Positions 57,622 to 64,000 of a DNA stretch of 64,000 nucleotides are shown here, in pieces. The notes beneath the pieces were generated by a model, which saw nothing but the letters and a program-made list of their open reading frames with translations, searched no databases and was not told the origin of the DNA. The position numbers and the translations under genes are program-made. Source of the stretch: Sphingobacteriaceae bacterium (GTDB taxonomy: Bacteria > Bacteroidota > Bacteroidia > B-17B0 > Aurantibacillaceae); the NCBI GenBank assembly GCA_947480015.1, contig CANKBS010000009.1, forward strand, positions 3,255-67,254, read 5' to 3'. The first letter of the stretch is position 1, and every line of letters begins with the position of its first letter.

Positions 57622-59873
57622 AAATGATTAAGAAGGTATATGCCGAAATGCCTTCAAAAGTAGAAGCAGCGCGCAAGTTAGTGGGTCGTCCATTAACGCT
57701 TACCGAAAAAATACTCTATGCGCATTTGCATCATGATCAAAAATCCGGAAATTTTGAACGCGGAAAATCATATGTTGATTTTGCGCCGGATCGTGTAGCC
57801 ATGCAGGATGCAACCGCGCAAATGGCTCTGTTGCAGTTTATGCAGTCGGGTCGCCCTAAAGTAGCTGTGCCATCAACGGTACACTGTGATCACTTAATTA
57901 CCGCTAAAAATGGCGCCAGCGATGATTTGGCTTTTGCTAATAAAGAAAGTAAAGAGGTATTCGACTTTTTAGGTTCAGTATCTAATAAATATGGTATTGG
58001 TTTCTGGAAACCAGGTGCTGGTATCATTCACCAAGTCGTGCTTGAAAACTATGCCTTTCCTGGTGGAATGATGATTGGTACCGATTCACACACCGTTAAT
58101 GCCGGTGGCTTAGGTATGATTGCCATTGGTGTTGGTGGTGCCGATGCCTGCGATGTTATGGCTGGTTTGGCCTGGGAATTAAAAATGCCAAAACTGATTG
58201 GTGTAAAATTAACCGGGAAATTAAATGGCTGGACAGCTCCTAAAGACGTGATCTTAAAGGTTGCCGGTATTTTAACCGTAAAAGGTGGAACAGATGCCGT
58301 AGTAGAATATTTTGGTGAAGGTGCCACGTCGATGAGCTGTACCGGTAAAGGAACCATTTGTAACATGGGTGCAGAAATTGGCGCTACCACTTCTACCTTT
58401 GGTTATGATGATAGCATGAGTCGTTACTTAAAAGCAACGGGACGTGCTGATGTGGCCAGCTTAGCAGACACTGTAAAAGAACATTTAACTGCAGATGCTG
58501 ACGTTTATGCTAATCCGGCTAACTACTTCGATCAAGTCATTGAAATTGATCTTTCAACCTTAGAGCCACATGTAAACGGACCTTTTACTCCAGATTTAGC
58601 GACTCCTATTTCAAAATTAAAAGAAGCGGCTTTAGCCAATGGCTGGCCTACTAAAATTTCGGTTGGTTTATTAGGTTCTTGTACCAACTCATCTTACGAA
58701 GATATTTCACGTGCCGTGAGTTTGGCTAAACAAGTTTCTTCGAAAAATTTAAAAGCTAAAGCTGAATACCTGATTAATCCGGGTTCAGAACAAATTCGCT
58801 TCACCATTAAACGCGATGGTTTTTTAGATGTGTTTGACCAAATAGGTGCGAAAGTATTTACCAATGCCTGCGGCCCATGCATTGGGATGTGGGACAGAAT
58901 GGGTGCTGAGAAACAAGAAAAAAACACGATCATCCATTCATTCAACCGTAATTTTGCCAAACGTGCCGATGGTAATCCGAATACCTTTGCCTTTGTTGCC
59001 TCTCCTGAAATTGTAACAGCAATGGCTATTGCAGGTGATTTAACCTTTAACCCGCTTACCGATTCATTAACCAATGAAAAAGGTGAACAGGTGAAATTTG
59101 ATGCGCCAAGTGGTGATGAATTGCCAACGAAAGGTTTTGCAGTGGATGATCCGGGCTTTCAGGCTCCGGCCGCCGATGGCAGTCAAGTAACTATTAATGT
59201 GTCACCAACAAGCGATCGTTTACAGTTATTAGATCCTTTTGCTTCATGGGAAGGCGTTGATTTAAAAGGATTAAAACTTTTAATAAAGGCCAAAGGCAAG
59301 TGTACAACCGATCATATTTCAATGGCCGGACCTTGGTTAAAATTTCGCGGACATTTAGATAATATTTCTAACAACATGTTAATTGGTGCGGTGAATTTCT
59401 TTAATGAAAAAACCGACAGCGTAAAAAATCAATTGAGTGGCGTTTACGAAGCGGTTCCAAAAGTACAACGGGCATATAAAGCACAAGGCATTGGTTCGAT
59501 TGTAGTGGGTGATGAAAATTACGGTGAAGGTTCTTCGCGTGAACACGCAGCTATGGAACCACGCCATTTAGGTGTGCGTGCTGTGTTGGTGAAATCGTTT
59601 GCCCGTATTCACGAAACTAATTTAAAAAAGCAAGGCATGTTGGGTTTAACTTTTGCCGATAAAGCCGATTACGAAAAAATTCAGGAAGATGATAGTATTG
59701 ATATTATTGGCTTGAACAGTTTTGCACCCGGTACATCCTTAACCTTGGTTTTTAATCATGCCAATGGAACTAAAGATGAAATAATGGCTAACCATACCTA
59801 TAACCAGCAACAAATTGAATGGTTTAAAGCCGGTGGTGCTTTAAACATTATTAGAGCAAGTATTAAAGCATAA
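57606..59873 (+). CDS. acnA: Aconitate hydratase (mitochondrial-type)
   Basis: [52 protein letters not shown]. Confidence 0.96.
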   Translation: MAFDIEMIKKVYAEMPSKVEAARKLVGRPLTLTEKILYAHLHHDQKSGNFERGKSYVDFAPDRVAMQDATAQMALLQFMQSGRPKVAVPSTVHCDHLITAKNGASDDLAFANKESKEVFDFLGSVSNKYGIGFWKPGAGIIHQVVLENYAFPGGMMIGTDSHTVNAGGLGMIAIGVGGADACDVMAGLAWELKMPKLIGVKLTGKLNGWTAPKDVILKVAGILTVKGGTDAVVEYFGEGATSMSCTGKGTICNMGAEIGATTSTFGYDDSMSRYLKATGRADVASLADTVKEHLTADADVYANPANYFDQVIEIDLSTLEPHVNGPFTPDLATPISKLKEAALANGWPTKISVGLLGSCTNSSYEDISRAVSLAKQVSSKNLKAKAEYLINPGSEQIRFTIKRDGFLDVFDQIGAKVFTNACGPCIGMWDRMGAEKQEKNTIIHSFNRNFAKRADGNPNTFAFVASPEIVTAMAIAGDLTFNPLTDSLTNEKGEQVKFDAPSGDELPTKGFAVDDPGFQAPAADGSQVTINVSPTSDRLQLLDPFASWEGVDLKGLKLLIKAKGKCTTDHISMAGPWLKFRGHLDNISNNMLIGAVNFFNEKTDSVKNQLSGVYEAVPKVQRAYKAQGIGSIVVGDENYGEGSSREHAAMEPRHLGVRAVLVKSFARIHETNLKKQGMLGLTFADKADYEKIQEDDSIDIIGLNSFAPGTSLTLVFNHANGTKDEIMANHTYNQQQIEWFKAGGALNIIRASIKA

Positions 59874-59888
59874 ATTCAGATAAAAAAG

Positions 59889-59920
59889 AAAACCCGTTTC
59901 CAATGAGACGGGTTTTTTTT
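59889..59920 (+). terminator. Intrinsic terminator
   Basis: AAAACCCGTTTC/GAGACGGGTTTT stem plus T run. Confidence 0.8.
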
Positions 59921-60454
59921 ATGACCTAGTAATTATTGTAGACTAACCGTACCTGAAGAAACTTCCAAAACAATTTGATTGCTAAAAACAGATTCTAAAC
60001 CTTTAATATTGATTTTAGCTGCATCCAACACAATCCTTACATCCATGCGATAATTCTTCACATCACTCTTCTCGGACAATGAAATAAGGTCATACAAGGC
60101 AACTCAAGGGAAGGTGATTCCATTAACTGTAAGAAATCCCTGCAAGACTGTTCTTTTTTATCGTTTTATTTTTGATTAAACGTTGAAAATTTTTGCTGAA
60201 GTTTCCTTTAAAAATCATGTTTGGTTTAGCTGAAGATTAACAAGTGTTAAATTGTTTATCGTCACCATGTATCCTCGCCAAATATACACTCAGTAAAAAA
60301 TAATCAGTTGACGGGTTTAAAAAAAGTACTGCTTTTTGACTTTTAAACTTAATGGATTTGCCTACTTTGGTTTCAGATACAAAGATGTTGGTACTCTCAA
60401 CTCGAACATTACTTATACTTTGTGCCTTTTTTAAAAAAGAAAAAACCGATTATT

Positions 60455-61426
60455 TTATTTCGGTTTTATTTTTTTAGCAGCTACCATCATTTCTTCACCA
60501 ATATTAAAAAAGGAAAGGATGTTGTATAGAATGTTGTGAATAAACACAAATAATTTTAATTGCCAGATTGGTCGGCTGGTGAATTTATTAAAATATCGTT
60601 GACGTTGCGCAGAGTTGATTTCCATATTGGCTTCACCCAAACTTTGTTTCTTTTTATTTTTGAAACGGGTTATGATTGGAAGAAGTGTGTACATGATAAA
60701 TAACTTGATCTCAAAAGAAGATTTTATTTTCAGCACTTCAAATCCGTTTTTGGCCAGAATCTTGCGGATGGTGTCTTTCCCGAAATAATTCACATGATCG
60801 AGTCCCATCATTTTCCAATTATCTTTATGACGTTTGGCGAAATAACTATCTATTTGTGGCACCTGAATAAAAAGATAACCATTGGGGTTGGTTAGTTTCG
60901 CGCATTTAGCTAAAAACTCATCGGCTTTATCGATGTGTTCGAGTACATCCCACAAAGTGATGAGATCGAATTTTTTAGACTCATCCATTTCAAAAAAATC
61001 GATATGATCTACAGGTAGCTTAAGATCATTCACACAATATAAATAAGGTTGTTCTGAAATTTCGACCCCGTAAACATCAAAACCCAATTCTTTACCAGCC
61101 AGCATGAAATGACCCCAACCCGCACCCAAATCGAATAGTTTTCCTTTTTTAATAAACTTTTGAATAAATTTAAAACGCAATTTATGACGTTGAATTTTCA
61201 CCCAATTATTTCCGGCTCGCACTGCTTCAGTAACAGCTAAGTTTTTGTATTGTGTGTATTCAATGCGTTTTCTGAAATACGGAGGGATAAAAGTAAATCC
61301 ACAAGTTTGGCAAACCACCACTGAGAATTTTTCTTTTTCGTATTTTAATTCGAATGCTTTTGGATCTTTATTACCACAAACGCAGCATGACAGATCTTCC
61401 GTAAACTTTTTTTGTAAAACCGGCAT
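60455..61426 (-). CDS. Class I SAM-dependent methyltransferase with N-terminal Cys motifs
   Basis: CCVC...CQTC, LFDLGAGWG, GVEIS, LWDVLEHI. Confidence 0.88.
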   Translation of the reverse strand: MPVLQKKFTEDLSCCVCGNKDPKAFELKYEKEKFSVVVCQTCGFTFIPPYFRKRIEYTQYKNLAVTEAVRAGNNWVKIQRHKLRFKFIQKFIKKGKLFDLGAGWGHFMLAGKELGFDVYGVEISEQPYLYCVNDLKLPVDHIDFFEMDESKKFDLITLWDVLEHIDKADEFLAKCAKLTNPNGYLFIQVPQIDSYFAKRHKDNWKMMGLDHVNYFGKDTIRKILAKNGFEVLKIKSSFEIKLFIMYTLLPIITRFKNKKKQSLGEANMEINSAQRQRYFNKFTSRPIWQLKLFVFIHNILYNILSFFNIGEEMMVAAKKIKPK

Positions 61427-61428
61427 AC

Positions 61429-63714
61429 TTATTGCTTTTTTGTTTCTTGTTCAAATACCAGTTCTGTAATAGAAGATCCGTCTCTGAAACAAGCAATGCC
61501 GCCCCAGTTAAAGATTTTCTTTTCATATACAAAAGCCATTTGTCCTTTTACCAATACCCGACGTATAATAACGACGCCTTCGCCTGGTAATGTTTCTTCG
61601 GTGATACCCTGTGGGTATTTAGCCAATAGCTTTTTAAGATGCTCGTCGGTTTTTTGATTTGCATCAGAGCCAATATTTTTTTCACATTCCAATAATCTTT
61701 CTTTGGCGTAAGAATCGCCACCTTTTATAGTTAATGCCTCCTGATAAGCTAACTTGGCATCCAAATACCTTCGTCCCCCAAAAAACTCATCGGCTTTATT
61801 AATAACTTGACGGTATTTAACCTCGGTATCGGAAAGAATAAGACTGGCTGCTTTTGCCTTCGCCGCGGCGTCAGCTTTTGCCCTGGCTTCTGCCTCTGTT
61901 TTGGCTTTAGAGTCCGCTTTGGCTTTTGCATTGGCTGCTGCTAATGCTTCCGCTTTGGTCTTAGCCTCTGCTTCGGCTTTTGTCCTGGTATCCAAATCGG
62001 CTTTCGCTTTCGCTGCAACTTCTTCTGCAGTCTTTTTTGCCGCTAATTCTTCTGCTTGTTTCTTCGCTAAGACTTCAGCATCCGCTTTTGCTTTAGCCAG
62101 TGCCTCTGATTTGGCCTTGGCTTCTGCCTCTGATTTCGCTTTTGCGGCGGCTTCTTCTGCAGTCTTTTTTGCCGCTAATTCTTCTGCTTGTTTCTTCGCT
62201 AAGACTTCAGCATCCGCTTTTGCTTTAGCCAGTGCCTCTGACTTGGCCTTGGCTTCTGCCTCTGATTTCGCTTTTGCGGCGGCTTCTTCTGCAGTCTTTT
62301 TTGCCGCTAATTCTTCTGCTTGTTTCTTCGCTAAGGCTTCAGCATCCGCTTTTGCTTTAGCCAGTGCCTCTGACTTGGCCTTGGCTTCTGCCTCTGATTT
62401 CGCTTTTGCGGCAGCTTCTTCTGCAGTCTTTTTTGCCGCTAATTCTTCTGCTTGTTTCTTCGCTAAGGCTTCAGCGTCCGCTTTTGCTTTAGCCTTGGCT
62501 TCTTCCGCAGCTTTTTTTCCTGCAGCCTCTTCGGCTAGTTTCTTGGCTTGAGCATCAGCCTCTGCTTTTGCTTTAGTTAATGCTTCAACCTTGGCTTTTG
62601 CCTCAGCCTCAGCTTTGGTCTTCGCCGCGACTTCTTCTGCAGTCTTTTTCGCTGCTAATTCATCTGCTTGTTTTTTGGCTAATATTTCCGCCTCGGCCTT
62701 AGCCTTAGCCTCGGCTTCTTCTGCAGCTTTTTTTGCTGCTAATTCTGCTGCTTGTTTCTTAGCTTGAGCTTCCGCCTCTGCTTTTGCTTTAGTTAATGCT
62801 TCTTCATTGGCTTTTGCCAAAGCCTCAGTTTTGGCCTTCGCCGCTGCTGCTTCTGCCGCCTTTTTTACCGCTGCTGCTTCTGCTTGTTTTTTTGCTAAAG
62901 CATCCGCTTCAGCCTTAGCTTTGGCTGCGGCCTCTTCAGCTGCTTTTTTAGCTGCGGCCTCGGCAGCGGCTTTCGCTTTTGCCTCGGCAGCGTTTTTACT
63001 CTTGGCCTCTGCTTCAGAAATCTGCTTATTAATAATGGCAATTTGAGCTTGTGGATAATTTTCGTTCGGCTTAATGCTTAACGCTTCTTTGTATTTTGCT
63101 AGAGCTGTCGTTAAATCTTTCCCTGAAAACACTTTATCTGCTTCCTTAATCAAGGCTTTATAGTTGTTTTCTTTTTCCTTCTCCTTGGTCTTAATCACAT
63201 CCTCAGCATCCTTTATGATGTCAACTAATGCCAACATTTGACTTAAATATCCCTTATCGTAAGTGAAATTGTCTTTTGCTGGATTATATACATATTTTAC
63301 AAGCGGTTGATTTAGAGCGGAATAATCAACCCCATTTACCTTTTTAAATAAACTAACACTTGCTTCAATCACAGGAAACCTAATTTCGGCCTTTTCGGGA
63401 GGAATGCCGGTTGTGTTAACTACAAACCGTTTTGTGATATAACCCTCTTTTGAAACTAAAATTAAATAATCACTCCCAATGGGGACCTGAAAAGCATAAT
63501 TGCCGCTTAAATCACTCGTGGCCGTTAAAATGGTTTTTCCTGCTTGGGTTACTTGAATGGCTACCCCACTTAAATTATTTCCATCATCCGACACACTTCC
63601 TTTAACATCTATTGGAACTCCTTGGGCAAAAAACAAAAAACGAGTGAATATAAAAAAAACGAGAAAGAAAGCCTTCTTAAAATTAAATAACATCTTTATT
63701 ATTGTATGAATCAA
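61429..63714 (-). CDS. Exported protein with carboxypeptidase-regulatory-like N-terminus, TolA-like Ala/Lys/Glu-rich repeat stalk and TPR-like motifs
   Basis: Signal peptide, DVKGSVSDDG...SGNYAF, ALAKYKEALSIKP TPR-like unit, about 370 aa low-complexity helix. Confidence 0.75.
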   Translation of the reverse strand: MIHTIIKMLFNFKKAFFLVFFIFTRFLFFAQGVPIDVKGSVSDDGNNLSGVAIQVTQAGKTILTATSDLSGNYAFQVPIGSDYLILVSKEGYITKRFVVNTTGIPPEKAEIRFPVIEASVSLFKKVNGVDYSALNQPLVKYVYNPAKDNFTYDKGYLSQMLALVDIIKDAEDVIKTKEKEKENNYKALIKEADKVFSGKDLTTALAKYKEALSIKPNENYPQAQIAIINKQISEAEAKSKNAAEAKAKAAAEAAAKKAAEEAAAKAKAEADALAKKQAEAAAVKKAAEAAAAKAKTEALAKANEEALTKAKAEAEAQAKKQAAELAAKKAAEEAEAKAKAEAEILAKKQADELAAKKTAEEVAAKTKAEAEAKAKVEALTKAKAEADAQAKKLAEEAAGKKAAEEAKAKAKADAEALAKKQAEELAAKKTAEEAAAKAKSEAEAKAKSEALAKAKADAEALAKKQAEELAAKKTAEEAAAKAKSEAEAKAKSEALAKAKADAEVLAKKQAEELAAKKTAEEAAAKAKSEAEAKAKSEALAKAKADAEVLAKKQAEELAAKKTAEEVAAKAKADLDTRTKAEAEAKTKAEALAAANAKAKADSKAKTEAEARAKADAAAKAKAASLILSDTEVKYRQVINKADEFFGGRRYLDAKLAYQEALTIKGGDSYAKERLLECEKNIGSDANQKTDEHLKKLLAKYPQGITEETLPGEGVVIIRRVLVKGQMAFVYEKKIFNWGGIACFRDGSSITELVFEQETKKQ
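62020..62490 (-). repeat. Intragenic tandem repeat, 132-bp (44-aa) unit, about 3.5 near-identical copies
   Basis: TGCCTCTGA(T/C)TTGGCCTTGG recurs at 62101, 62233, 62365; boundaries approximate. Confidence 0.9.
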
Positions 63715-63762
63715 ATTAGGAAATAAATTTACTAAAAATATCGTTTCTATATCTATTTAAAT

Positions 63763-64000
63763 ATGCATTCTACTAAAAATTTCAACTACAGTTATTGGGA
63801 AACTTCTTCCTATTTTAAATGCTTTGATTTGATTGTTATTGGTGCTGGAATTGTAGGACTTAACTCTGCCATAGCTTTTAAAAAAAAGAATAGAAAAGCT
63901 AAGATTTTAGTATTAGAAAGTGGTTTATTCCCGAACGGCGCTAGCACTAAAAATGCAGGTTTTGCCTGCTTTGGAAGTGCGGGTGAACTGCTCGCCGATT
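63763..64000 (+). CDS. FAD-dependent oxidoreductase (DAO family), 3'-truncated by window edge; absent from the ORF track
   Basis: MHSTKNFNYSYWE...LIVIGAGIVG...GASTKNAGFACFGS. Confidence 0.85.
   Translation, partial: MHSTKNFNYSYWETSSYFKCFDLIVIGAGIVGLNSAIAFKKKNRKAKILVLESGLFPNGASTKNAGFACFGSAGELLAD

Noticed and set aside
61901-62551. 216-aa + strand ORF (ALASASAF...)
   Set aside because: Antisense shadow of the Ala/Lys/Glu repeat gene; the same applies to 62807..63046.

Overview
Bacteroidota chromosome segment, judged from T9SS genes (porQ, PorP/SprF, PorE-like, type-B CTD cargo), a TonB-dependent receptor and TAnnTTTG-type promoters. Bases 1-31.4 kb and 57.6-64 kb are mostly housekeeping, envelope and T9SS genes. 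One T9SS cargo/PorP/PorE module carries two apparent lesions. A ~26.2 kb AT-richer integrative element (about 31436-57621) sits in the first codons of the aconitase gene. It is bounded by a 7-bp GATATTG core repeat inside a 14/16 repeat, and it restores the aconitase start with synonymous codons and a consensus promoter. The element encodes a divergent tyrosine integrase, a DUF5131 protein, a primase/Rep-like protein, a serine resolvase, an ECF sigma factor and a type I RM system with an inserted GNAT gene. It also carries two defence-like operons I cannot match to a named system: ParB-like + Mrr-like nuclease + HEPN-like protein, and GHKL ATPase-histidine kinase + receiver + HNH nuclease + N6-adenine methyltransferase. 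A 32-bp fixed-spacing motif occurs four times at module boundaries in the element. I saw no tRNA, rRNA or CRISPR array. All product calls come from motif recognition by eye, not database searches.
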